The translations under genes were made by a program, and so were the position numbers. A stretch of DNA of 59,547 nt, filler included. It is 4 parts of 4 records of this genome, joined end to end, with 100 filler letters (N's around TTAATTAATTAA, not from the genome) between each part and the next. Parts side by side here need not be neighbours in the genome. Positions count along the whole stretch, not along the records: positions 23,526 to 44,621 come from DRR723986_9107; 3 more parts are not named here. One strand, written 5' to 3'. Below are positions 28,283 to 38,249 of this stretch, in pieces (the stretch's first letter is position 1; each line of letters begins with the position of its first letter). The notes beneath the pieces are model-generated. The model saw only the letters and a list, made by a program, of their open reading frames with translations. It did no database searches and had not been told where the DNA came from.

Positions 28283-30286
28283 TCACGGTCGCTGCTTCAA
28301 CGAATCCCAAACTTGCATCGCCTGCGCACGCTGCTTGTCGGTCAGCGAATCAAGCACTCGTCGAGCGTCATTGGCGATCTGCCGTTTTCGTTCGGCGCTG
28401 ACCGTTGGCGCGTTTTCCGTTCGTGAATTCGGACGGGGGTTTTCGCTCGCCGCCCTTGGTGAATCTCCTGCGGACGCCTGGACACGCTCGGCGTTTTCCA
28501 GATCCTGCCTGAACTGGGCATTGGTTTGTTTGATAGGTTTGAGCAGCCCCGCAATAACGTCTGCAGCAACTGGCCCTTCTCGGGAATCGAGAAGGGCGGC
28601 ATCGAATAGATCGAGCTGATAGCGGATATGGGAAAGTGATTCGTCATCGTAGGTGCCAAGAACCAGATGCTTGAGCGTATCACCGATGGTGCGCAACATG
28701 GCTGTCTTTGCCAGCCGAGAACCATCGGATTCAACAACGTATTGAGCGACCGTTTGAAGACGATTCGCAATATCCTCCACTTCGTTGACTAGATCGGCCA
28801 CATTCTCCAACAAGGCGTCCCCATCAATCTCCCCCTCGGTGTACGGCTTCATAACCGTCTGAACACGCTGCCGCATCGCCTGACTATCTTGTGGATTGTC
28901 AAACTCGACAGAGTCGTCGACAACTTCTGAGGCAATCTCACCGACCATCGAACGGACATTCGGATCCGACTCCCGAGCCAGATCATTCAACAGATCAGGA
29001 AGCGCTTTTACAAACTCTCCGCGCACCGCATCATCTTGCAGGATAGCGATCGCGGCTTTCGAATCACTGTATGGGCTTTTAGGTTGTGCGTAATACGAAT
29101 AGCCAACCGCAATCGCTGCGGCGAGAACCATCACACTTGCAACGAAACCGATTTGTGCTGCTCGCCTGCGCCAACGTGCCTTCAATTCACGCTGGCGTCG
29201 TCGATCGACAACTGGGCTACCATGCGCGTACTGATTCAACGCATAGCTAAGTTCTTGGGCCGTTTGGAAGCGATCACTCGGCTGGAACGCACACGCGTTC
29301 ATGATGATCGAGGCGAGATCTTCAGGGATCGCTGGATTCACATCGCGAACGTCCGGCAACTCCAATGACTGCCGCCGAACCAATAGACTTCTTCCGCTAA
29401 GTGTTTCCCAGACGGGTCGGCCGCTAGCCAGTTCGTACAGGGTTAGCCCCAGAGAATAAATATCGCTGCGTTCGTCACAAGCGCCACGCAGTTGCTCGGG
29501 TGCCATGTACCGCGGCGTACCAACGATATCGCCAGTCGTACTAATTTGTAGATTGCTCTGTAGCAGTTTTGCGAGCCCGAAATCTGTTACCCAGATCTTC
29601 CCATTCTTATCCAAGATCAGATTGGCGGGCTTGATGTCACGATGAACGATCCCGTGTTCGTGCGCGTAGTGCAAGGCACTTGCCGTAGCGCCACCGATTT
29701 GGCTGATAAATGTCCAGTCGAGACTAACTACTTCCGAGCCGGCATCTTCGGCCAACCCCTCAACCAATTTATCAAGGCTAACACCTTCGATGCGTCGCAT
29801 TGCAATGTATGCAAAGTCGGATTCAATCCCATGGTCGACGACTTGCACAATATTGGGATGATCCATCTTGGCGCAAGATCGGGCCTCAATATTGAATCGT
29901 TTTAGTGCGTTGTTCGATTTGAGCTTCGAAAACGGCAACAACTTGAGCGCAATCTTGCTTCCCAGATCGGCATGCGTGGCTGCGTATACAATCCCCATAC
30001 CGCCTTTGCCAAGCTGCTTGCCAACGACGTATTTCTGAATTCGCTTAGGGATCTCCAGCGGCTGGTCTTCTGGGGGCACGATCGACGCTTTAAGTTGTTC
30101 GGCGAGCAGGAGCGTAGGAAACTCCGTGGCAATTTCTTCCGACAGATGCGGGAAGTCTACAGCGTACTGATCGATCGAAGGCGCTAGGCCTTCCCGATGT
30201 TGGCGCAGAAATTCTTCCGCGACGGAATGAAACGTGGGATTTTCTGTGGACGGCATTTCATGCACCGCAAAAGAGGACGTTGGCAA
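28283..30286 (-). CDS. Membrane-anchored Hanks-type Ser/Thr protein kinase
   Basis: GKGGMG, ALK, HRDIKPAN, DFGLA, GTPRYMAPEQ and SDIYSLG; planctomycete-type N-terminus (AEEFL...PSID.Y...P); one TM helix. Confidence 0.95.
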   Translation of the reverse strand: MPTSSFAVHEMPSTENPTFHSVAEEFLRQHREGLAPSIDQYAVDFPHLSEEIATEFPTLLLAEQLKASIVPPEDQPLEIPKRIQKYVVGKQLGKGGMGIVYAATHADLGSKIALKLLPFSKLKSNNALKRFNIEARSCAKMDHPNIVQVVDHGIESDFAYIAMRRIEGVSLDKLVEGLAEDAGSEVVSLDWTFISQIGGATASALHYAHEHGIVHRDIKPANLILDKNGKIWVTDFGLAKLLQSNLQISTTGDIVGTPRYMAPEQLRGACDERSDIYSLGLTLYELASGRPVWETLSGRSLLVRRQSLELPDVRDVNPAIPEDLASIIMNACAFQPSDRFQTAQELSYALNQYAHGSPVVDRRRQRELKARWRRRAAQIGFVASVMVLAAAIAVGYSYYAQPKSPYSDSKAAIAILQDDAVRGEFVKALPDLLNDLARESDPNVRSMVGEIASEVVDDSVEFDNPQDSQAMRQRVQTVMKPYTEGEIDGDALLENVADLVNEVEDIANRLQTVAQYVVESDGSRLAKTAMLRTIGDTLKHLVLGTYDDESLSHIRYQLDLFDAALLDSREGPVAADVIAGLLKPIKQTNAQFRQDLENAERVQASAGDSPRAASENPRPNSRTENAPTVSAERKRQIANDARRVLDSLTDKQRAQAMQVWDSLKQRP

Positions 30287-30295
30287 CGGGCTGGG

Positions 30296-30913
30296 CTACA
30301 CGCTACTGCTTTGAAGCCGATGTGCGTGATTGGCTTTTAAGCGTAGTAGTGCGCGACGGTGACGCTTCTTAGCGGCTTCTAAGTTGATACCAATTTCGAG
30401 AGCCGCTTCGCGAATGGTCTTGTTTTCAAAATGAACGAGTGTCAGGATTTCCCGCTCGGTATCTGACATCGATTTGACTGCCTCCAGGAGTGCGTTATTG
30501 GTCTCCTGCTGGACCATCAGGGTACCCATCGACGCGAGCGATTCGGACAACTGTTCGAGGTTGACGCAACAACTTGATAGGAGATAGTTCTCGCGTCGCA
30601 CGTCTCGACATTTGGCTTCCACGTGCACGCGTGCTTGCCGCGAGACGACCTGCCGAACCAGCCGCCGCAGCCAGACGTCGGGTGGTAGTTTCGGAGATTC
30701 AAGGTAGCGAGGCAAACGATCGCAGTACTCCAAGAAAGCTTCTTGGAGAACGTCAGATTCATCAATCCGCCTGGCGAGTCGCCGACTTATACGGAACTTG
30801 GCGAGCAACTTCAATTCTTCGCGGTGCACGTCGAAGTATTCGCCTCGGGCTTCACTCCCGCCGGTCAAGAGCTGTTGGATGAGTGCCTGATCTTCGTCGG
30901 AAATTTCACTCAT
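30296..30913 (-). CDS. ECF sigma-70 factor, planctomycete STK-associated type
   Basis: RRIDESDVLQE, WLRRL, RDVRRE and REILTLVHFE...EAA..IGI..EAAKKRH.RAL; lies immediately upstream of the STK. Start at MSEIS. Confidence 0.9.
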   Translation of the reverse strand: MSEISDEDQALIQQLLTGGSEARGEYFDVHREELKLLAKFRISRRLARRIDESDVLQEAFLEYCDRLPRYLESPKLPPDVWLRRLVRQVVSRQARVHVEAKCRDVRRENYLLSSCCVNLEQLSESLASMGTLMVQQETNNALLEAVKSMSDTEREILTLVHFENKTIREAALEIGINLEAAKKRHRRALLRLKANHAHRLQSSSV

Positions 30914-31220
30914 TGTCTCGGGCGTTCCGCTATGCAGGGATTTTGATGGCTGGCAGTCTGGATCGCGACTACCTAAGAAGACTAGGCCAGAAGTAGCTGA
31001 CAATTGTTGCTTGCGATTTTCTGTCAGTGCCGCACGCTCCGCGTTGTAACGATTCTAAGACCTGCACCGACTCTGCCCCCCAGAACTGCAAGCTGCCGCC
31101 CTGCAAATCGGGCTAGCTCCGGCCAGCAAAAAATTCCGTCCCCCGCTGCGAGTGTCGTGGCGTCGTGTTGATGATGGCTTCCCGCATCTGTGTTGCATCT
31201 CGTCAACAGGAGAATTCTCG

Positions 31221-32147
31221 TTGAGTACAGACTTCCGAATGGCATGGCTATTCCCTGGCGAGGGCAATATGCCCAAGAGCCCGCGTTGCCTGCTTCGGCG
31301 GTCTCCTCGCTTCCGCGATTACCTAGCGCTGGTGCAGCGGCATGTCTCGGTAGAGCTAGAGCGTTACCTACAACAAGACGCCAACCAGTGGCCGGACTTC
31401 GGTGCCCACATTGCGCATCCGATCATTACGGCCGCTATGTGTGCCCAAATTGACTCACTGCGGTATGACGGTCACCTGCCGGACCTAGTCGCAGGGCACG
31501 GTCTCGGAGAGCTGTGCGCCATTTACGCGGCTGGCGTACTCGACGCAGAATCTTTGCTCCAGCTTGCGTGCCTGCGTGGAGAGTTGCTTACAACAGTCGT
31601 CGGAACGAGCCTCCTGTTGGTCAGTCAGCGGAAACGGCTGAGCATCGAAGAAGTGCTTGAAAACGTAGTGGAAGGCCTGGTTTTTCAGTCTGTAGCTGTC
31701 TCGCGCAACCGGCTGATTGTCGCCGCTGACCGTAGAGGCCTCGCAAGCCTAACCGCAGGCCTTCCGGAACATATTGACGCATCGATCATTCCGGGATGCG
31801 GTCCGTGGTATTGCCCAATGGTCGGCGGGGCCGCGATTACATTCAGTGAAGCCTTAGAGGACACGCGTTTCTCAGATCCAACTTGTGATGTAATCATGAG
31901 TTCAACAGGGCGGACCGAAAGAAACGCAGCCGAGATTCGGTCGACTCTCCAGCGGCAGTTGACCAGCCCAGCCCTGTGGGGCAACTGCATCGATCACTTG
32001 GTCGCCGAAGGCTATCGACACTTTCTTGACGTCAGCGTTTGCCACGGCCGTGAAAGCACACTCGTTTCAAACCTACCGGAATTTCTTGACTGCTCTGTCA
32101 TTGGGCCGCCAGCCTTTGACCGGGCAGAGCCACCCGGTGCGCACTAA
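31221..32147 (+). CDS. FabD/ACP S-malonyltransferase-like protein lacking the catalytic Ser and His
   Basis: LFPGEG (vs FPGQG), AGHGLGE (vs GHSLGE), conserved R in LRGE, GPWYCP (vs GAFHSP) and QLTSPALW. TTG start with an AGGAG RBS. Confidence 0.8.
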   Translation: MSTDFRMAWLFPGEGNMPKSPRCLLRRSPRFRDYLALVQRHVSVELERYLQQDANQWPDFGAHIAHPIITAAMCAQIDSLRYDGHLPDLVAGHGLGELCAIYAAGVLDAESLLQLACLRGELLTTVVGTSLLLVSQRKRLSIEEVLENVVEGLVFQSVAVSRNRLIVAADRRGLASLTAGLPEHIDASIIPGCGPWYCPMVGGAAITFSEALEDTRFSDPTCDVIMSSTGRTERNAAEIRSTLQRQLTSPALWGNCIDHLVAEGYRHFLDVSVCHGRESTLVSNLPEFLDCSVIGPPAFDRAEPPGAH

Positions 32148-32323
32148 TGCATAGCGTGCCATTCTCATCATAATCGGTAGTATCGGTTCAATCCTTTCCA
32201 CAGCTCTGAACGTTTGCCATGGCTTCAATTTGAGCGTTGCCCGCACGCTTTCGCAACGTAGGTTTGAGTCCTTCCGTTGCTGACCACGCCCACAGGAACG
32301 CATAGAGAATGAAAATCTTAAGG

Positions 32324-32341
32324 GAGTACTAGTTAGTACTC
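32324..32341. promoter_or_regulatory. Perfect 18-bp inverted repeat, candidate operator upstream of the cheY-like gene
   Basis: GAGTACTA-GT-TAGTACTC, about 45 bp before ATG 32387. Confidence 0.45.
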
Positions 32342-32386
32342 TTTGTTGCAGTTGCCCATACTGTTCGCACCTGGATTAGCCCCACC

Positions 32387-32755
32387 ATGCGAGTGTTGAT
32401 AGCCGAAGACTCAGGCGTGATGCGCACTATTATTAGCCGCGCACTTGCTAACGTAGGCCCATCCAAACCCACCGTTGCCGAAGATGGCGCGGCGGCTTGG
32501 CAGTGCTTTCAAGCGGAAGAATTTGATCTTGTCATCATTGACTGGCACATGCCCAAGATCAATGGTTTTGACTTGATCAAACTAATTCGTCGGAAGTCCG
32601 CTGACGTACCGGTGTTGATGATTAGCGTCGTCGATACGCGAAATGACATCATCAAAGCGCTGGAAGCCGGCGTAACGGACTATCTATGTAAACCGTTTGC
32701 ACGCGATGAGCTCGAAACGAAGCTGCATAAGCACTTGGTCCAAGAAAGCTGCTAG
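32387..32755 (+). CDS. Single-domain CheY-like response regulator
   Basis: AEDS, DWHMP and KPF; 122 aa, receiver domain only. Confidence 0.92.
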   Translation: MRVLIAEDSGVMRTIISRALANVGPSKPTVAEDGAAAWQCFQAEEFDLVIIDWHMPKINGFDLIKLIRRKSADVPVLMISVVDTRNDIIKALEAGVTDYLCKPFARDELETKLHKHLVQESC

Positions 32756-32778
32756 CTTTACGCGTTCGCGAAGCCAGC

Positions 32779-34686
32779 TTAGATCACGTCGTCATCGTAG
32801 GAAAATCGCCTCGCAAACGGCGTGAATGCTTCTGCAGTGACTAACGACTGCGGAATATCTTCAAGAAAATACGTCCCTGAACCCGCGAAGCTTCGGTAGG
32901 ACGAGTATCCGCGGCCAAGCGTTCGAGTGATAAACAGGAAATCTTTCGCGCGTGTCAACGCTACGTAAAGAACGCGACGTTCTTCCTCTTCAGCGTCCGG
33001 ATCGCCCTGGCTGCGTGAGTGCGGGTAGTTCCCCTGCTGAGCACCAATGACGTAACACGCCTCGGCCTCGGTCCCCTTGGCACTATGGACCGTAATCAGA
33101 GTGACGATGTCACCATCATCTTGCTGCGCCTCCGATGCAGACACTGGATCAAGCGTGTAGGTCTCGACAAAGGCCGACAACGACCGATGCTTGCTAGCCA
33201 ACTCGGCAAGCAGCGTGTAGTCTTTCGACCGCCGATCCCAATCGTCGTACTTACCGCTTAGAACCGGCTCAAGATGCTCTTTGGCTCGCTCAACTGCCTG
33301 CGATGGTTTTTCTGCAGCATCGAGAATTGACGGCAGGACAGCTTGAATCTCTGGGCGATTACTCAGCAGCGAATCAAGAATTTCAATAGCCTGCTGCGGA
33401 GTTTCTGCGACCATCGCTTTGCCCAACATACGACTTGCTGTAACCTCGCCGATACGCGGCCACATTGTCAGAAAACGCATCCAGGCCAATTCGTCTTTGT
33501 GATTGATCACCAATCGCAAAGGTGCGAGCAGGTCGCGGACATGGGCCATTTGCAGCAATCCCACTCCGCCAATAAATCGGTACGGAATCTTTTCCTCAAT
33601 CAACTGCGCCTCGACAGCCCGGGACGAAAAGGCCGTTCGACACAACACCATGTTCGTCGCCCACTCTCTGCCTTCTTGGTACCGATCGATAAGCGAGCTG
33701 ACCACCCAACGAGCTTCTTCATGCTCGTCGCTGAACTCCCGTAGCTGAGGAATCTCCCCATCACCGCGATTTGAACGCAATTCCTTGTTGTACTTCAGCT
33801 TTGATTCCGATAGCAGCCAGTTTGCTAAATCTAAGATCTGCGTAGTGGAGCGATAGTTCTCCTCCAGCTTGAGAGTTGAAGCGTCTTCCAAACGCTTGTC
33901 AAAGGAATGCACATTCTGAAAATCCGCACCTCGAAACGCATAAATGCTCTGTGCATCATCGCCGACGCAGAATAGATTCGCGTGCTCAGCCAAGGCCTCA
34001 AGAATCAGCCACTGCAATGGGTTCGTGTCCTGCATTTCATCTACCAGGACATGTTCAAACTGCGACGCGACCTTTTCAGAGACAACCTTGTCATGTTTGA
34101 GCACACCAGCGAACCGGTGCAGTATGTCGTCATAGTCGAAGTAAGAGTTGCTCTGCTTGCGTTTTTTGTAGCCCTCAAAAATTTTGTCGACTACTTCTAT
34201 CTCGGCTTCCCCCATTTCCGCGAACTTTCGCAAGTAGTCGCGTGGGGCCTGGTTGGTATTGCGAGCGTAAGAGTAATAGTTGATCAACTGGGCCGCTTGC
34301 GGAGCTTTGCTTTTCTGGCCGACGACTTCGGCTCGCACCAGCCGCATCAACTGGACTTGATCGTCACGGTCCATAACCGTCAGATCTTGGAAGCCAAACC
34401 ACTCGCGGCGACGGCTCATTTGCCGCAAACAGAACCGGTGAAACGTCCCAGCGAAAACAACCTGGGCTTTATCACCAGCGGTCTCTTGCAATCGATGCTT
34501 GATCTCGGCGGCAGACCGACGTGTGAACGTTAGAATCGCGATGCGTCGCGGATCAACTCCGTCGGCAACCAACTTCGCCGCTCGCCCAATGACGGTCCTG
34601 GTCTTGCCTGTCCCGGCACCGGCCAGCACAAGTAGACTCCTTGCCGTGCTCTCAATGGCTTTTCTTTGTTGCTCGTTGAATTGCAT
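32779..34686 (-). CDS. UvrD/PcrA-family ATP-dependent DNA helicase
   Basis: AGAGTGKT, TFH, DEMQDTN, VGDDAQSIYAFRGA, NYRST, TVHSAKG and EEERR.LYVALTRA. Confidence 0.95.
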   Translation of the reverse strand: MQFNEQQRKAIESTARSLLVLAGAGTGKTRTVIGRAAKLVADGVDPRRIAILTFTRRSAAEIKHRLQETAGDKAQVVFAGTFHRFCLRQMSRRREWFGFQDLTVMDRDDQVQLMRLVRAEVVGQKSKAPQAAQLINYYSYARNTNQAPRDYLRKFAEMGEAEIEVVDKIFEGYKKRKQSNSYFDYDDILHRFAGVLKHDKVVSEKVASQFEHVLVDEMQDTNPLQWLILEALAEHANLFCVGDDAQSIYAFRGADFQNVHSFDKRLEDASTLKLEENYRSTTQILDLANWLLSESKLKYNKELRSNRGDGEIPQLREFSDEHEEARWVVSSLIDRYQEGREWATNMVLCRTAFSSRAVEAQLIEEKIPYRFIGGVGLLQMAHVRDLLAPLRLVINHKDELAWMRFLTMWPRIGEVTASRMLGKAMVAETPQQAIEILDSLLSNRPEIQAVLPSILDAAEKPSQAVERAKEHLEPVLSGKYDDWDRRSKDYTLLAELASKHRSLSAFVETYTLDPVSASEAQQDDGDIVTLITVHSAKGTEAEACYVIGAQQGNYPHSRSQGDPDAEEEERRVLYVALTRAKDFLFITRTLGRGYSSYRSFAGSGTYFLEDIPQSLVTAEAFTPFARRFSYDDDVI

Positions 34687-34863
34687 TCGGCAGCTCTGCT
34701 CTCCTACGCCTCTCCTCCCGACGAAGTCTCGAGAGGTCAAACTGTGTCCGCAGGAACTTTAGAGACTATCCAAGGACCTGACCAGTAGGAGCAACACGCC
34801 GTTAGTCCCTAACCAGGCAGCAGGCCGTGAGGAACGCAAAGCAGGAAAGCTAGGCCGCGGCCG

Positions 34864-37272
34864 TTAGCGAATCGCTGCTCGCTGCCAGTAAACGTACTGA
34901 CGCTCGCCTCGTGTCCGAGCGTCTTCGAGCATGATTGCAATGTCGGGCCGCATATCCTCGGGGAGAATTCGGTTATTCTTGCCGCCGACTCGAATGTTCA
35001 GGACACGATCAAAGTCGACCATGCTTGGGTGAAGCCAAACGAATGCAGAATTTCGCGGCTCGGACGGAATCTTGTTGATCATAATCGTATTGTCAGCTCC
35101 GTCGAGAATCCTCGCGTCGAAAAGCCCCGACTTCTTAAAGTCGAAGTTGAGCGGGTTGCTGTACGTCGTTGCGAGCAGTCGTGGGGCCTCGAGCCAGTAG
35201 AAGAACCGGTCACTTGAACGCATCGTTCGAGCACTGATTTGGCGTGGAAAGCGCGCTTCAGGGTTCGCCAGGCGGCGTTGGCCCGCAATCTCAAGCCATT
35301 CGAAAATCCGCGGTTGCTCAGCAGCGAAACGAAGGCTTCCATTTCCACGATACTCGACAACCATCGATTCGTATTTCGGGTTTTTGAGGTACTCCGTCGC
35401 AACGCTGCCTAGCTGATTGCTAAAACGTCGACCGTCGTATTCGCCATAGACAATGTAAGTGCCCAACGGAGTCTTTCCGCCTCTGGGTGCAGCGATATTA
35501 TCACTATAGTGCACCAAATGTTTATCAGCCCCGGGCGAAATGGCAACGATGCCAGCCCATAGACTCGGATGCGACACGCCGATGTCCCACGCAGCGGTCC
35601 CGCCATCGTGGTGTCCAGCAATGAAGACACGGGCAGTATCAATCGAGAAACGTCGAATCGCCTCACGATAACACCGCAATACACGGTCATGCTCAAGTTC
35701 AGTATAGGAATAGTCGTATGACTGCGGCTGCCGCCAATTCGGTGCAACAACGATGTAACCACGCCGAGTTGCTTGGCCATAGCGATAGCCTTCAAACTGC
35801 TGACCACACCACCAGTTGATCTCAAGTTCAGGTGAATCACCGACACCGCCAAGAGCTAAAATGCAGGGATATTTTTGATTGGGATCATACTCTGGTGGAG
35901 TCTGCACCAAGAACTCAATGGAGCCCCCCTGAATTCCCGGCACCGACAGTGTATACAAACCAGGTGTCTGCCCTTCGGCGGGTTGGTCACTCTCAATGGG
36001 TGGCTTCATGGTCGCAAGCAGCCGAGCAACATACTGCGGCTGAGCACCCTCTTCGCCACGCAGGGCCCGCAAGATCTCGTCGCGACGCTGCGGGGCTGAT
36101 TCGTTAAGGTATTCGGAGGCCAACTCGCGAACTCGGAACAGTGACTCGGCGACGGCAAAATTATCGATGCCAGCCCCACCGCCCAATAGCCAACCGCCAA
36201 CCGCGTAGGCAACGAGACTCTCCTTGGATATCGACGGATCAGCCCTCAGAACGGCGAAGTCACTCAACCGATTGACGGTCTGCAAATTAACCTCGGTTTT
36301 CAACTCCTTGATCGCCGCTCCAATGGCCTGCTGCTGGTCCGGCGTCAAACTCGCAACGCACGTATCAAGGTCTTTCAGTAGTTCGCCTAAGCGAAGCAGC
36401 TCTTGCTGTAGCTGCTCGACTTCTCGCTGGAGATTAAGCTGAGTCTCCGCCGCTAGCGTTTCGACAGGAAACTGCTGCAGCAGGGCCGCGGCCAGTTCAG
36501 TCTGGCCGACCGATCGTCGTAAGCTAATCTCTTCAAACTTTTGACGTGCATACAATTGCTTGATTTGCGTCACCAAGCCCTTCTGCTGTTGCATCTCGTT
36601 CGGGAATCGTTCGACCGCACCATCGATCACCTCCAGGGCATCCGCGTAACGCTGCATCTGAATGTAAAAACGAACCACTTTTAACCAATCGCCCGAACGA
36701 TCCTCATCCAACGCCTGGAATAGGATCTCGCGAAGTTTGGCCGCGGGAATACTGGTGGTGCTGATCCGCTGGTCCCAGATAAACTTATTATCACCTCGCA
36801 GCACATTCACACTGGCGTACACCGGCGTGAGCAGCGTAATCGCCTGCAACACGTCGACGCGTCCGCGGGCGGTGTCGAATGCAAACTGCCGACGCCCAAA
36901 TCGATTGAACTTTGAGACTTGTCGGACACCCAGGATCGAAGGCGCGGTTCCACTGGTCGCGACATTGCGGGCCGTTAAGAATTCAATTTCCTCCAGTGGA
37001 GTTCCATTGAATGGGTTGAGAGAAGAGACCGTATTCTTACTCGAATTAACATAGGTGACCCGCAATCCATCATCGATCGCCAGGATACTCTCCCCCTTCG
37101 CATCACCACCACCTTGCTGGAACGACGAAGTGGTAATGGAGTCGCGGGGCACAACAATGCCGGGTCCCAACTGCATTCCGTTATTGAGAACGACCGTAAA
37201 CTTCTCTTGGCCCGAGGCTGGCGAGCAGAGCAGGGTAGCGAGGCCACATGCTACAAGTGTTGCAGTTCGCAT
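34864..37272 (-). CDS. Exported planctomycete 'peptidase-like' protein with C-terminal alpha/beta-hydrolase domain (nucleophile elbow GHHDGG)
   Basis: Signal peptide; PPEYDP..KYP; GYIVVAP; SIDT.RVFIAGHHDGG.AAWD...HP.LWAG. Confidence 0.7.
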   Translation of the reverse strand: MRTATLVACGLATLLCSPASGQEKFTVVLNNGMQLGPGIVVPRDSITTSSFQQGGGDAKGESILAIDDGLRVTYVNSSKNTVSSLNPFNGTPLEEIEFLTARNVATSGTAPSILGVRQVSKFNRFGRRQFAFDTARGRVDVLQAITLLTPVYASVNVLRGDNKFIWDQRISTTSIPAAKLREILFQALDEDRSGDWLKVVRFYIQMQRYADALEVIDGAVERFPNEMQQQKGLVTQIKQLYARQKFEEISLRRSVGQTELAAALLQQFPVETLAAETQLNLQREVEQLQQELLRLGELLKDLDTCVASLTPDQQQAIGAAIKELKTEVNLQTVNRLSDFAVLRADPSISKESLVAYAVGGWLLGGGAGIDNFAVAESLFRVRELASEYLNESAPQRRDEILRALRGEEGAQPQYVARLLATMKPPIESDQPAEGQTPGLYTLSVPGIQGGSIEFLVQTPPEYDPNQKYPCILALGGVGDSPELEINWWCGQQFEGYRYGQATRRGYIVVAPNWRQPQSYDYSYTELEHDRVLRCYREAIRRFSIDTARVFIAGHHDGGTAAWDIGVSHPSLWAGIVAISPGADKHLVHYSDNIAAPRGGKTPLGTYIVYGEYDGRRFSNQLGSVATEYLKNPKYESMVVEYRGNGSLRFAAEQPRIFEWLEIAGQRRLANPEARFPRQISARTMRSSDRFFYWLEAPRLLATTYSNPLNFDFKKSGLFDARILDGADNTIMINKIPSEPRNSAFVWLHPSMVDFDRVLNIRVGGKNNRILPEDMRPDIAIMLEDARTRGERQYVYWQRAAIR

Positions 37273-37571
37273 CGAAGTCTCCCGGGATCATCTTCTCTGA
37301 TAGACAGTGCTCAAACGCAAGCGTCACGTGTCGAAAAGACCTCAAACTCAAACCAGATTGACCTGAGGCGCACGATTAAGCGTTGTGTCTATTGTAGTGT
37401 GTAGCACGCCCGCTTCAGCAATTACGCTTAGCGGCACGACCATTGGTGCGAGAAATCGCACCGGAGAACAGAAGATTCGGCATATTGCATGCCAAACGGT
37501 TGAATTTTAGCGACCAACGTTGGCCGACGACGGAGCGATCATCCGTACCGCCTCGGCTAGAACATAGTGAT

Positions 37572-38249
37572 TTACCGACCGCTGAAGAACTTGCGGAGAG
37601 TTTCTGAGGCAGCATCTTTACTGTTCTCAGTCGTTAGCTTCTTGGGAACAGGTGGAAGTTTACCTGGCTTCTGCTTCGAGCGTTTTGTCTTTTCGTCCGC
37701 AGAAGTATCCGTGTCTTCAGCCTTCACATCCATCACGGTTGATTCGTCGCCGTCCGCAGGAGCCACCGAATCATTGACCTGGAACTGCCGGGTCGGTGGA
37801 TCTTCTGTGCGCCGATCGAAGGTATCCGCCTCTTCCAACCAACTGCTGACATCAACCTCACCAAATTTGCTGTCGTGCACGCTATCGGCAGCACGTGAGG
37901 CGGCGTCTTTGACGTCCTTCACCTCAGGCTTTTTGACGTTGGCGACGCCGGCTTCGATGACGGCAATGAATTCCAGCTTACCGACCTTGATATGGTCGCC
38001 ATCCTTAAGAATCTTTGCCTTCTTCGGATCGAGTTTCTTGTCGTTGACAATCGTTCCGTTGCGGCTCTTCAGGTCAACCAACAGAATTCGCCCCGACTTG
38101 CGAACAATGGCGCAGTGCCGACGGCTTATAGATTCACTCTTGGGTCGCAAATTGCACTCGTCGCTCCGGCCAATCAGAAACTTATCGTGGTTGACCGAGA
38201 TTAGCTTTCCCGTATGACCACCGGTCACGACCTTGAGCTGCATTTGCAT
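37572..38249 (-). CDS. FHA domain protein with acidic/basic low-complexity tail
   Basis: FHA motifs IGR, SRRH and DL.SRNGT.VN. Confidence 0.92.
   Translation of the reverse strand: MQMQLKVVTGGHTGKLISVNHDKFLIGRSDECNLRPKSESISRRHCAIVRKSGRILLVDLKSRNGTIVNDKKLDPKKAKILKDGDHIKVGKLEFIAVIEAGVANVKKPEVKDVKDAASRAADSVHDSKFGEVDVSSWLEEADTFDRRTEDPPTRQFQVNDSVAPADGDESTVMDVKAEDTDTSADEKTKRSKQKPGKLPPVPKKLTTENSKDAASETLRKFFSGR

Noticed and set aside
5777..32755. Linking the sigma28-like promoter (contig A) with CheY (contig B) as one motility system
   Set aside because: They lie on different contigs, probably from different organisms.
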